From: Octopus sinensis
Taxonomy: Eukaryota
Direction of reading: 5' to 3'
DNA: 64,000 nucleotides
Assembly: GCF_006345805.1 (NCBI RefSeq)
Contig: NC_043001.1
Span: 31,930,001-31,994,000, forward strand
The translations under genes were made by a program, and so were the position numbers. Each line of letters opens with the position of its first letter. Within the stretch, counting starts at the first letter, position 1. The notes under the pieces are model-generated. The model did not search any database, was not told the DNA's origin, and saw only the letters and a program-made list of their open reading frames with translations. Shown piece after piece: positions 1 to 10,577 of the stretch.

Positions 1-299
1 TTAAACTCTAACTTGAAAATATAGACAAAGATTAACTCCCACTCTCGAGTTTTACGAAACCTGCAGTTGTCATTAAGCTGCTCTGTTAGAGAATATACGA
101 TTCTGACAGCAAACCAAATAAGGATGCTGAGAAGTATATCTTCCGTGCGTCATCGCTGAATAAATAATGAATTATTTAGAAGAACAAAGAAAAGGTCTAT
201 GTGCCCTATATCGAAGCAAATCTTGAATGATTTAGAAAGGAAAAAAAAATAGCTAAACAGACTAGATATATAAACAGCAAAATGAAGTGTAATATTTGT

Positions 300-800
300 C
301 AATGATAACCATCGTTAGCCCACAGAATTAGAAAAGCACTAAATGAAACAAAGCTTAAAATCGAAGTAAAGAACAACATGCAAACCAGTTAAGCTACTAA
401 TAAGTAGGCCATACGCATTTGAGAAAAATAACCTATTCAAGAGCATCTTCAGAGTATACAACCACCCTTAGTGTAAACTGCAAAACAAGGTCGTAGTGTA
501 CCGGAAAAAGTGCTTAGATGAAGGGTAAGAATGTCACAACAATATTGGTGAAACGGTCTGTATTATAGGCGCAAGAATCGGGAACATAGGCAAGAATATA
601 ATTAAAAGAGAGAAAAATCTAGTGTCTGCAAACATAAATACAACGGTAGGATACGCAATGTCGAAATAAAAACTCTTACTGCATATTCGAAACACCTAAC
701 GCATAGATAACATGACTCACTGTAGTAGGGCACATCCTAGAAGCAGAATCGGTACTTATGAATATAGTAATATCAACCCCACAAAGCAACCACATCCTTT
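300..800 (+). pseudogene. Decayed Penelope-like element, linker plus GIY-YIG endonuclease region (may extend past the window start)
   Basis: Hand translation from 481 gives QNKVVVYRKKCLDEG*ECHNNIGET. After a frameshift it reads EHRQEYN*KREKSSVCKH...VEIKTLTAYSKHLTHR. This matches the PLE GIY-YIG pattern VY..C..C...YIGET...R..EH...S.V..H. An upstream frame gives SLAHRIRKALNETKLKIEV. Stops and frameshifts indicate a dead copy. Confidence 0.7.
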
Positions 801-1135
801 TCATATCCAGTGTTAATTACCACAACAAAACTCAAGGATGATGATTGAGACCAGATCGGAAGTCGATGTAAAACAGTGGGCAACATGCACACACTCACGC
901 ACGCACACACACGCGCGCATGCACACACACAGATGCTTGGATTGTGTGTGTGTGTGTGTGTTTGCGCATAGGTATCTATGTGAGTATGAGTGCTTACAAA
1001 AGCAAGAACAAAAGCGAAAATGTAAGCACACACACACATACATACACACATGTACACCCAAATTCTTACGCATGAATAGATATTTTAAAGAAACCAAACG
1101 TTAAAAAAGAAAGCCAGTTACCGTAAGTCATATGC

Positions 1136-1210
1136 CCGTGGATATATGGCGTAGTGGTTAAGAGCGCGGGCTACTAGCCCCAAGATTCCGAGTTCCATTC
1201 CAGGCAGTGA

Positions 1211-1270
<60 letters not shown>

Positions 1271-1490
1271 GAACAATACTACTACTACTACAAACCACAA
1301 CTACAACAATAATAACAACATCGAAAAATATCTTAGGAATGAGAAACCAGGTTCGAAATTTCCCCTAGACACCTGATGAAGGCTGGAGGATATATCAGCC
1401 GAAATGTTGTGTTAACAACAAACAAGATGAGGCCAAATATCCGTCTAATGTAAATAATCTACATAATTCCTCATCTCTTAAATATAGAAC
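1136..1490 (+). mobile_element. tRNA-like head + (AAT)n + hammerhead-containing tail (PLE pseudo-LTR or ribozyme-bearing SINE)
   Basis: A-box-like TGGCGTAGTGG at 1147-1157 and degenerate B-box AGTTCCATTCC at 1191-1201. (AAT)n runs ~1215-1270, the HHR motif lies at 1368-1413, and an AT-rich tail ends at a (TATG)-type microsatellite. Confidence 0.7.
1368..1413 (+). ncRNA. Minimal type-I hammerhead ribozyme motif (family 1)
   Basis: Stem I GACAC(1368-72)/GTGTT(1409-13); core CTGATGA (1373-79) plus an extra A; stem II GGCTG/CAGCC (1381-85/1396-1400); GAAA (1401-04). Stem III is A-T-G-T, probably ACGT before CpG decay and therefore palindromic. Predicted cleavage triplet GUU, with cleavage after 1408. 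Confidence 0.75.
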
Positions 1491-1889
1491 TATACATATA
1501 AATGTTTGCATGTATTTATGTATGTATGCATATATGTATGTATATGTATGTAAATGCAGATAGAGAGAGAGAGAGGAGAGAAGGAGAGAGAGAGAGAGAG
1601 TGAGGAGAGAAGGAAAAAGAGAGAGAGAAGATACTTGCTTCGTACCTACAGGAACACGAGGCTGGAGACTTTTCGGGTTTTAGAGCTTTGTTTTTGAGGA
1701 CCGTAAGTAAGAAAGCACCTCTGAATGGGTCGATATTCCGACTCAAGGTTAACATCCAGCCGCCGCGAGTCGTAATTTTCAACTAAGTGAACAAAGACAA
1801 AATGCGTTACCCAGTCCGAAAATGTTATCTGCTACCTTGGCCTCTAGGTTATGCGCCTCTTTAGAGGAAATATAGTGATAAACGACGCC

Positions 1890-2382
1890 CTTTTCAAGCC
1901 TATCCAGGCTCATGGGCCCGGTTTCCCGGTATCCGTGGCGTATGTGTTCCCCCAGCTGGACGGGACGACAGTTCATCGCAGCGTTACTCAAGAAACAGGA
2001 AGAGAGAGTGAGAGAAAGTCGTGGTGAAAGAGTACAACAGGAGTCGCCACCAACCCCTGCCGGACCCTCGTGGAGCTTTTTAGGTGTTTTCGGTCAATAA
2101 ACACACACAACGCCCGGTCTGGGAATCGAAACCGCGATCCTTTGAGCGCGAGTCCGTTGCCCTAACCACTGGGCCATTGCGCCTCCCCTGTGCCCTTTTA
2201 AAGCCTAGCCAAGATCATGGGCCTGGTTTCCCGGTTTCTATGGCATTGCCAGCTGAGTGGACTGGAGCAACGTGAAATGAAGTGTTTTGCTCAAGAACAC
2301 AACGCGTCGCCCGGTCCAGGAATCGAAACCACAATCTTACGATCATGATGCTGACACCCTAACCACTAAGCCACGCGCCTCC
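1890..2382 (-). mobile_element. Two adjacent tRNA-derived SINE copies (SINE-C type)
   Basis: The minus strand shows heads GGAGGCGCAATGGCCCAGTGGTTAGGG...GGTTTCGATTCC (ending 2186) and GGAGGCGCGTGGCTTAGTGGTTAGGG (ending 2382). Both share the tail GAAACCGGGAAACCxGGCCCATGA. Confidence 0.85.
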
Positions 2383-2429
2383 ACTAGAGGAAATATAGTG
2401 CTGCTAATTTTGACAGTTAAGATACTTCT

Positions 2430-3060
2430 CCACTCTATTTATAGGGAGGGGACCAGTCAATTAAATCGGCTCCAGTACGCAACTGATACTTAATTTATCG
2501 ACCCCGAAGGGATGAAAGTAAACTCGATCTCGGTGGAATTTGAACTCAGAACATAAAGACAGACAAAATACCTAATTCTTTACTACCCACAAAGCGCTAA
2601 ACACAGAGAGGACAAACACGGACAGACAAACGGATTAAGTCGATTATATCGACTCCAGTGCGTAATTGGTACTTAATTTATCGACCCCGAAAGGATGAAA
2701 AGCAAAGTCGACCTCGGCGGAATTTGAACTCAGAACGTAACGGCAGACGAAATATGGCTACGCATTTCCTCTGGTGTGCTAACGTTTCTGCCAGCTCGCC
2801 GCCTTTAAATATCTATTTATTTACTACCCACAAGGGGCCAAATACAAGGGGCCAAATACAAAGAGGACAAACGAGGACAGACAAACGGATCAAGCCGATT
2901 ATATCGACTCCAGCGCGTAATTGGTACTTAATTTATCGACCCCGAAAGGATGAAAAAGCAAAGTCGACCTCGGCGGAATTTGAACTCAGAACGTAGTGGC
3001 AGACGAAATACGGCTACGTATTTTTCCCGGCGTACTAACGTTTCTGCCGGCTTGCCGCCC
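2430..3060 (-). mobile_element. Tandem cluster of three SINE-A units
   Basis: Repeated body GTTCTGAGTTCAAATTCCGCCGAGGTCGACTTTGC..TTTCATCCTTTCGGGGTCGATAAATTAAGTACCA on the minus strand. Heads GGCGGCGAGCTGGCAGAAACGTTAG end near 2803 and 3059. Confidence 0.85.
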
Positions 3061-3695
3061 TGACAATTAACAAGATTGCTGAAGGAAACTACGTTAGCGT
3101 TCTACCTGTTAAATGCAAACAGAATAGGATTTCACTTATGTAACATAATAAGTTCGTGTCAGCCTATCAAGCTCTATTCACTTTTAGAAGCTCTATTCTC
3201 TTTTCTCTTTTAGAAAAGCTAGCACTGAAGTCATCTCTCTAGGTAAGGAAACCATTGAGAAATTTAAAACTTCTCAATTTACGAAAAGAGTAAATAAATT
3301 AAAAAGGATATAAAAATGCAGGGAAATCGCTTGCGATTTAATTTACTAACTTTTGTTATTTAACATTATGAACTTTACCAATGGTATCTTAACAGAGGTT
3401 AAGATTAGAAGAAAAAAAAAAAGAGAGCTACTCAACGTAATAAAAAAAAATTACATGCGTTACTGCACACCCAAACACGCCCAAATCATTTATATCCGCA
3501 AGCTTTTTTTAGTGTTTACCCACAACTAGGTTTTATGTGCAGCCTTCTGTGCATCAAAATCACAAGGGGCTTGTTCGTACACGCAAAGATATGCATTTTA
3601 TTTTCAAACTAAAACACCTCCCACTTTTTTTTTACAAAAGGAACTCGCACATACATACACGCGCGTGCGATGTCTCAAAATGAACAGGGATGAAC

Positions 3696-3920
<225 letters not shown>

Positions 3921-4100
3921 TGCACACGCGTATGCACAATATCGAAATAATTCATTCCTCGCTTTGTGTGCTTTCTGTGCAGTAAGTATACGGGTGAGTT
4001 TGCTGAAAGGGTCAGCACCCTGTCAAGGCTAACAAAATAAAATGAAAATCTTTTTAAGCCCGTAAGAATGAACAGCATTTAAATGAAAGCCTGAAAAAGA

Positions 4101-4158
4101 GACTGACAGAGACTGACAGAGACTGACAGAGACTGACAGAGACTGACAGAGACTGACA
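4101..4158. repeat. 10-bp tandem repeat (GACTGACAGA) x ~5.8
   Basis: Five perfect copies plus a partial copy, read directly. Confidence 0.95.
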
Positions 4159-4251
4159 TGAGTGCTGCTAACATCGTAGAAACAAGAATCTAAAATTCCA
4201 TGTATTTTAGATTTAACAGCTCTTCAAGAGAAAAATATATATATGTAGACT

Positions 4252-4304
<53 letters not shown>

Positions 4305-4501
4305 GGATGCGTGTGTGTCTAATCATCTCTCTATCCATCTATCTGTCTGTCTGTCTGTCTCTCTATATATATGCAAATATAGACTATACGTAAAATGTGA
4401 ATTTTTAATTATTTTCTGAGATTTTACAAAAACAACAAAAATATTTTACGTATGAAATACATGTACACACAAGCGCACGCGCGCACACACACACACATAT
4501 A

Positions 4502-6112
4502 CAGTAGTCCTCACAATTATTCACACCCTCGTTAATTTTTGTGATGAAATGAATGCATTTTGTCAAGCTTGTTTATGTGTTGTATATATGTGACCAACAA
4601 GTAAAAAAATAACAATACAAGATTCAAGAAATTCTTCATTTCAGAGGTATTTTATTAATGGATTTTCAAAAAAATGCCATGTTCAAAATTATTCATACCC
4701 TAGGTTTACTGAGTCCAATGTCTTCCTTTAATAGTCAAAAGCATACCATTGTTCTTTATGACTGTTCTAGACGATTCCTCTACGTGTCCAAAAGCTTCCT
4801 GCATGTCTGCTGTGGGAGGTTGACATACACACTTCCTTTGCGAAAGCCTCGTGCTTGGTCAGGCTTGTCGGTTTCCAAGCCATCATTCTGGTCTTCAAGT
4901 CTCACCACAAGTTCTCGGTCGGATTCAGGTCTGGACACTGACTTGGCCATTCTAGGATGTTGATATCATTGTCCTTGAACCATTTCTTCATTACCATGGT
5001 GGTATGTTTCGGATCATTGTCCTGATGGTACTTCCAGTTGTAGCTGAGTTGGAGTTTCTCAGCCGATTCTTTCACGTTTTCATCAAGGATCCTGATGATT
5101 CTTTTACATTTTCATCCAGGATCCTTTCTCATGATTCCTTGGACTTTGACAAGATTCCCTGTGCCACTGGAAGAGAAGCATCTCCATAACATTATGTTTC
5201 CACCACCATGCTTGACAGTGGGCAGTGTTCTTCGGCTTGTATGCTTCTCTTTTCTTCCTCCAGACAAATTCATCATCTATATGGCCAACTTCGTCTCATC
5301 AGACCACAGGATTGTTGACCAAAAGCTAGGATCTTGCTTCAGATGGCCTCTAACAAAGGGCAGGTGAGACTCCAGATGTTTCTTCCTGAAAAGCAGCGTC
5401 TTCCGAGGCCTACGTCCATGGGCGCCTCCTCTGTATAAAACTTGCTCAATGGTGTACTCTGACACCTTCCTCCCTGCCTAGTCAAGCGTTTCAATTAAGG
5501 CCGTGACTGTGGTCCGGTAGTTGTTGTTGACCTCTCGGCAGATTTTCTTCCTGCCACGCTCACTGAGGGTTTTAACAGTGTTGAACCTCTTGTGATTGTT
5601 GATTATGCTAGGAGGATTAATACAGGGACATCATGCTGCTTTGAAATGGCCTTGTAAATCTTTCCTTCACTGTGGGCACGCACAAGACGTTGACGTAGGT
5701 CCTCACTGATCTTCCTCTTGGCCATTAGGAAGAAACTGAGAATGAGCAGAAATCTTTTCCTTTATTTATATCTGACCAAGCTTGAGGCTTTCGCCAAGGA
5801 AGAATGGGCCATCAACTCACAGGAGACATGCAGGAAGCTTGCGGACACGCACAAGAACCGTCTAGAAGCAGTCATAAAAAAAGAACAAAGGCCATGATAT
5901 TGACGATTAAAGAAAGTTATTGGACCCAGTAAAGCTAGGGTATGAATACTCCTGAAATGAAGAATTTCTTGAATTGTGAATTGCTATTCTGTTACTTGTT
6001 GGTCGCATATATACAACACGTAAACAAACATGACAAAATGCATTTATTTCATCACAAAAATTCTAAAAAAATTACAAAAATTAACAAGATTATGAATAAT
6101 TTTAAGGATGAC

Positions 6113-6114
<2 letters not shown>
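4502..6114 (-). mobile_element. Tc1-family DNA transposon, decayed, with long IR/DR-type TIRs
   Basis: Ends are CAGTAGTCCTCACAATTATTCACACCC (after TA at 4500-01) and the reverse complement CAGTCATCCTTAAAATTATTCATAATC. An inner repeat ATTATTCATACCCTAG lies at ~4688-4703, with its partial inverse at ~5936-5948. The inverted arms are about 4502-4862 and 5772-6114. Confidence 0.9.
4728..5725 (-). pseudogene. Tc1-like transposase, multiple frameshifts and stops
   Basis: Starts MAKRKISEDLRQRLVRAHSEGKIYKAISKQ. Internal segment RRPRKTLLFRKKHLESHLPFVRGHLKQDPSFWSTILWSDETK carries the first catalytic D in WSDE. The C-terminus reads approximately VIKNNG-YAFDY*, with TAA at 4728-4730. Confidence 0.88.
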
Positions 6115-6145
<31 letters not shown>

Positions 6146-6276
6146 TTATTTATATATATATTTATATATATGTTGATAGAAATGGTAATACAACAAAAGA
6201 ATGAAAGAGACCTCGATATTATGTAAATATAGAAATTTATCTGTGAATATAATGTGACAATTATTCGGTAGCCATG

Positions 6277-6315
6277 ATAAAACTCCGGTTTCGACGCCGC
6301 CGCCTCTTCAGTTAT
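6277..6315 (-). ncRNA. Minimal hammerhead ribozyme motif (family 2), intact core
   Basis: Minus strand reads ATAA CTGAAGA GGCG-GCGG-CGTC GAAA C CGGA G T T TTAT. That gives stem I ATAA/TTAT, a 4-bp stem II with G-C closing pair, short stem III AC/GT and a GUU triplet. Confidence 0.75.
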
Positions 6316-6356
6316 GTTATAAAAAAACCTTTTTAGATTGCATTGTTTTCGATACA

Positions 6357-6415
6357 ATAACTGAAGAGACAGCGGCGTGGGTTTCCGCCCCGACATCCGA
6401 AACTCGGAGTTTTAT
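6357..6415 (+). ncRNA. Minimal hammerhead ribozyme motif (family 2), long imperfect stem II
   Basis: ATAA(6357-60) CTGAAGA(6361-67), 31-nt stem II region, GAAA(6399-6402) C TCGGA G T T TTAT(6412-15). AAACTC-G-GAGTTT is near-palindromic. Confidence 0.65.
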
Positions 6416-6839
6416 CATGGCTAACGAATAATTGTCATATATATATATATGCATACACACACACACATATATATATATACACGCACACATATATATATAT
6501 ATATACACACGCACACATAAAACACTATAATAGTCGTCACTCGCTAGGAAGTAAGTATAACTTTGTACTATGCACCATGTTCCACTAATTGTTTTCGATG
6601 CCTCGGTCTCGCAATACTTCATCCAGCTGACTACAAATTATGGGACTTCTAGAGACAGCTGTACCAGCATACGTATAAGTGTACACGAGTGAGTGTATAA
6701 ACGAAAGAAAATAGCACCAACCCATTTGATGGGGTTACAAATATTTCATAACACCGATCTCAACACTACATTTCATCCCTCCGGGTTCGATAAAATGTCG
6801 TACGAATCAAGTATAGAGGTTAATATTTAAGATTTCGAG

Positions 6840-7090
6840 AAGGCAGCGAGCTGGCAGAATTGTTAACACGACTGGCAAAATGCTTAGCGGCATTTTGTCT
6901 GTCTTTATGTTCCGAGTTCAAATTCTGCCGAGGTCAGCTTTGTCTTCCTTCCCGCCAGAGGTCGATGAAATAAGTACCAGTTGAGTACAGGCGACAGTGA
7001 GATAAAGTTACTCTCCTCTGTCGAAATTGCAGGTTTTGTGCCAAAAACTTGAAGCCAATATCTAAAATCTAGGCTTTGTATTAAATAGAG
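6840..7090 (+). mobile_element. Degenerate SINE-A copy
   Basis: Head GGCAGCGAGCTGGCAGAA and body GAGTTCAAATTCTGCCGAGGTC. Confidence 0.75.
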
Positions 7091-7768
7091 AGAAATGGCT
7101 TATGAAAACTGAATTTCTGAACTATGATTATTCCAGTGTTTGAAACACAATCTCCAATGTTTGAAATCTCCAATGTTTGAAAAAGAATCTGAAGAAATTT
7201 TCCCAAGACAAAATATATAAATAATGAAACGCATATATAACGATGAGTATAAGAAAGCCATGTTGACTGAAGGTTTTAATGCGTAATCCGTGAATACTTT
7301 TGGAAGCTTCCATAAAGCTTAAGATGAGCTGATTTCCGTTCTCATTGCCAAACTGGGAATTGTAAATGCAGAGGCAAAAGTATCCATGTGCCCAACGTTC
7401 TCCTGCAATTAAAGATATTGTTCCGGTTCCGAATGAATTGCAAGTCCGTATTGGAGTGCATTACAAGATCTGTATGTTTGTTACAGCAAAAAGTATTTCG
7501 TTCTTTGTAGACGGAGACTATTAGAAACTGAAACCAGTGTAAGAGTAAGAGAAAACACACACACACACGTGTATACATGTAAGTATGTATATATATATAT
7601 GTGTGTATATGTATATATAACCCCCCTCTCAGTATATGTGTGTGTATGTATATACATGTATAGGTACATATATGAATTTATATATATATATATATATATG
7701 TACATGTGTATATATATATTGTATTATATTATATACATACATACATGTATGTATGTATGTATGTATAT

Positions 7769-7816
<48 letters not shown>

Positions 7817-7834
7817 ATAAAGATATCATTTACG

Positions 7835-8540
7835 CTTACCTAGGACTCACGTTCGAAGCCGTGTATATGACCACAATGGAAACCAAATTGCTATCGAGAC
7901 ATGAACATGCGATACACACCACGTGTAGACGATACACACATCGTACGGATGCACCGGAAGAATGAAGAAATTGAAGGAAGAATTAAAAAAATAAATAAAT
8001 AAAACAGCTTAATACAAAAAGAAATATAAAAATGGTTAAAAAGTCAGCATCTAAAACAATAAAAATAAATCTCCTAGTAATACAATCATTCCATTTCTAG
8101 ATGGAAACATTGAGATAGACAATAACAGATACGTCACGTCTACACGAAAGACACAAATAACTACCTATACTTAGACAGAGAATATTTTCATAGATACAAA
8201 ATGTCAGTAGTGAAATCGCTGCACAGTAAAACATTTAGATTGTCCTGCACAGACGAATTATTACATAAAGAAATTTCCATAGAATAAAACAAACGCTAAT
8301 CAGCAATGGTATTAAAAAATAATCAAAATAAAATATCGAATAGACTAACTCATAGAGCGGTTCAGTAACAAATATAACGAAATGATTGCATCACATACAC
8401 TACACTTATTAAAAATAAATAAACGAAGGATAAACTCTATTACGTGAATCAAAATGCAAACTCGTTTAATAGTAGATGAGAATATCACCAACCTTATAAA
8501 GCAGAATATAAAATGCATTATATTAAACTATAGACTAACA
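7835..8540 (+). pseudogene. Decayed Penelope-like reverse transcriptase fragment
   Basis: LGLTFEAVYMTTMETKLL, then after a frameshift RVDDTHIV (a YVDD-type catalytic motif). IPFLDGNIEIDNNRYVTS starts at 8088 and continues with frameshifts as YTKDTNNYLYLD...KMSVVKSLHSKTFRLS...LISNG. This matches the PLE RT thumb pattern PFLD...YRK.T..YL...NG. Confidence 0.7.
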
Positions 8541-9009
8541 TTAATGTCAAAATGCAGAAATATTTTATTCTACTTTAAGCACAAGGTCTGAAATATTGGG
8601 AGAAAGAGTAGGTTGATTCCATCAATACCAGTCCTTAATTAGTACTTGTTTTATCGACTGCGAAAGGGTGAAGGCAAAGGTGACCTGAACAGAATTTTGA
8701 AAAAAAAAAAGTGTACAAATATTGAAATTACAAACTTTACTAATAAAAAGCATCAGCTTGTAAAATACTATTGCCTCTAAGACGAAGAGTGATAAATACG
8801 ATCGCAGAGTAGAGTAGGGTTCAAAACCTCAGAGAGATTTGAATTTCGTCCCGGTTAGATCATAAAAGATGTTTAATATACTCACTCAAACACATGCACA
8901 CACAGACACACACGTGCTGACGACATAAGAACTTAGAAACTTCTTTGGGAACATGAAATAATTCTTTTATGGATGGTGGAACTCGAAGCAGATAAAACTA
9001 CAAAAAATC

Positions 9010-9225
9010 CCTTCTACTATAAAGACAAAGCCGGAAATTTGGGGGAGATGGGTAAGATGATTCCATCGACCCCAATGTTCGATTGGTACTTATTTTATCG
9101 ATCTCGAAAAGACGAAAACTAAAATGGACCTCTGCAGAATTTGAACTCAGAACATAAAGACAGATGAAATGCTGCTAAGCATTTTGTCCGGCGACCTAAC
9201 GATTCTAACAGCTCGGCGCCTTTTA
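9010..9225 (-). mobile_element. SINE-A body with alternative tail (further fragments at ~8570-8700 and ~9770-9860)
   Basis: GAATTTGAACTCAGAAC...AGCTCGGCGCC body and head; the plus strand shows GGAAATTTGGGGGAGATGG, the tail-B type. Confidence 0.7.
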
Positions 9226-9959
9226 AAAATCTTTTAAAATTCTTATGATATCGAAAACACACAATTCTCATCAGAAAGAATAAAGTAAATTAATAAATGG
9301 ATCAAAGAATTCAAAGAAATGCTTTGTTCCAATGGTAGACTACTAACCATTTTTATAGAAGATGTGAGATCAAGTGCTGAGGGCATCATTATTCACATGC
9401 TATTATTGCTTTATAGCTTTATCTGCTTCGTGTTTTACCGTTTCAAAAAAAGATATATATATATATATATATATATAGGCGCAGGCGTGGCTGTGTGGTA
9501 AGAAGCTTGCTTCCCAACAACATGGTTCTTTCAAGGCGGTGCTCCAGCATGGCCGCAGTTAAATGACGAAAACAAGTAAAAGAATAAAAGAATAAAAAAG
9601 AATATGTATTTCTATCTTTTACTATCCCCCCCTCCTTATTTGCGTATGAGTTTAAATCTGTTCTTCATACAATAAAATTACCGAGTCCAGCATTAACTAA
9701 TCAAGACTTTAATGGCTTCAGCTCCTGATGGGACTGATTTTGGAGTGAGTTTTTGCCTAGTATATAATTTTCTACTCTAGGCACAAGGCCAAACTTTTTT
9801 GGGGGAGAGGGCCAGCTGATTAGATCGACCCCATAACGCAAATGGTACTTAATTTAGATTTGTTTAGTTTGGGCCATGTCATGAAGTTTGGGCGCAGTAT
9901 ACTTTTCAAAATATGATTTGGAATTCTAGTCGGAATTTCAGATATGATTTGAAATTCTA

Positions 9960-10132
9960 GCAGGATTGAACTGCTCTTTAAAGTAATTTTTTGGACTGCT
10001 TTTCATTTTTATTACGTACGAGCAAAACGTCCCCCGTCCAATGGACGGTGCTGAGTTGTCAAGCATTTAAACCAAATTTTCTCAATGCAACTTGTCTGAC
10101 CGTCCCATAGGCCTCCCCTTTGAGAAACACTG
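9960..10132 (-). mobile_element. Possible hAT-type terminal fragment
   Basis: The minus-strand end CAGTGTTTCTCAAAGGGG (10115-10132) resembles hAT TIR starts. No partner TIR was found. Confidence 0.4.
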
Positions 10133-10379
10133 ATTTAACCTAAATTTGAGACACCAGCAAAAGAAGAAATAAAGATATACTTTTTTCTATTCCAAAGAAA
10201 AACGATTTTTTTCACACAAATATGCAACCTATGAGTTTAAAGTACCAGTAATGATAAGGCTGTTGACTGAGAGAACACAAACATGAGTTAAACAGTAAGC
10301 TTGGCAGGAAAGAATAATGCCTTTAAGCAGTACAAAAACAAAAAAAAATGGAAGGTGCTGTTATGTACAGGTTGACGGA

Positions 10380-10577
10380 AGAAAAGCAGGACAAAAACGG
10401 CTTTATCGATCGCATTCTCACCTGGAATTGATTTTTGTAATCTTTTCAAGACTTATACACGCCCTGATACCGTCGGTATCTACATATCAAATTTGAGCGT
10501 AATCGGATGGAGGATGCCCGAGGTCCTGGAAGACACACACACAGACAGACAGAACAGAACGGATTTTATATAATAGA
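10380..10577 (-). mobile_element. Possible 5' end of a non-autonomous Helitron-like element
   Basis: The minus strand reads A|TCTATTATATAAAATCC followed by (CTGT)n/(GT)n and CCGATTACGCTCAAATTTG, typical of invertebrate Helitron/HINE 5' ends. No CTAG 3' end was seen. Confidence 0.45.

Larger units (their letters stand above)
6168..6440. mobile_element. Fold-back element with two divergent hammerhead motifs, between (TA)n tracts
   Basis: Left arm TGACAATTATTCGGTAGCCATGATAAAACTCCGGTTTCG is the near-perfect reverse complement of right arm CGAAACTCGGAGTTTTATCATGGCTAACGAATAATTGTCA. Confidence 0.8.

Noticed and set aside
5288-5302. CTGATGA-GAC-GAAG on the minus strand, resembling a hammerhead core
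   Set aside because: It is the W-S-D-E-T-K coding motif of the Tc1 transposase, and stems I-III cannot be formed.
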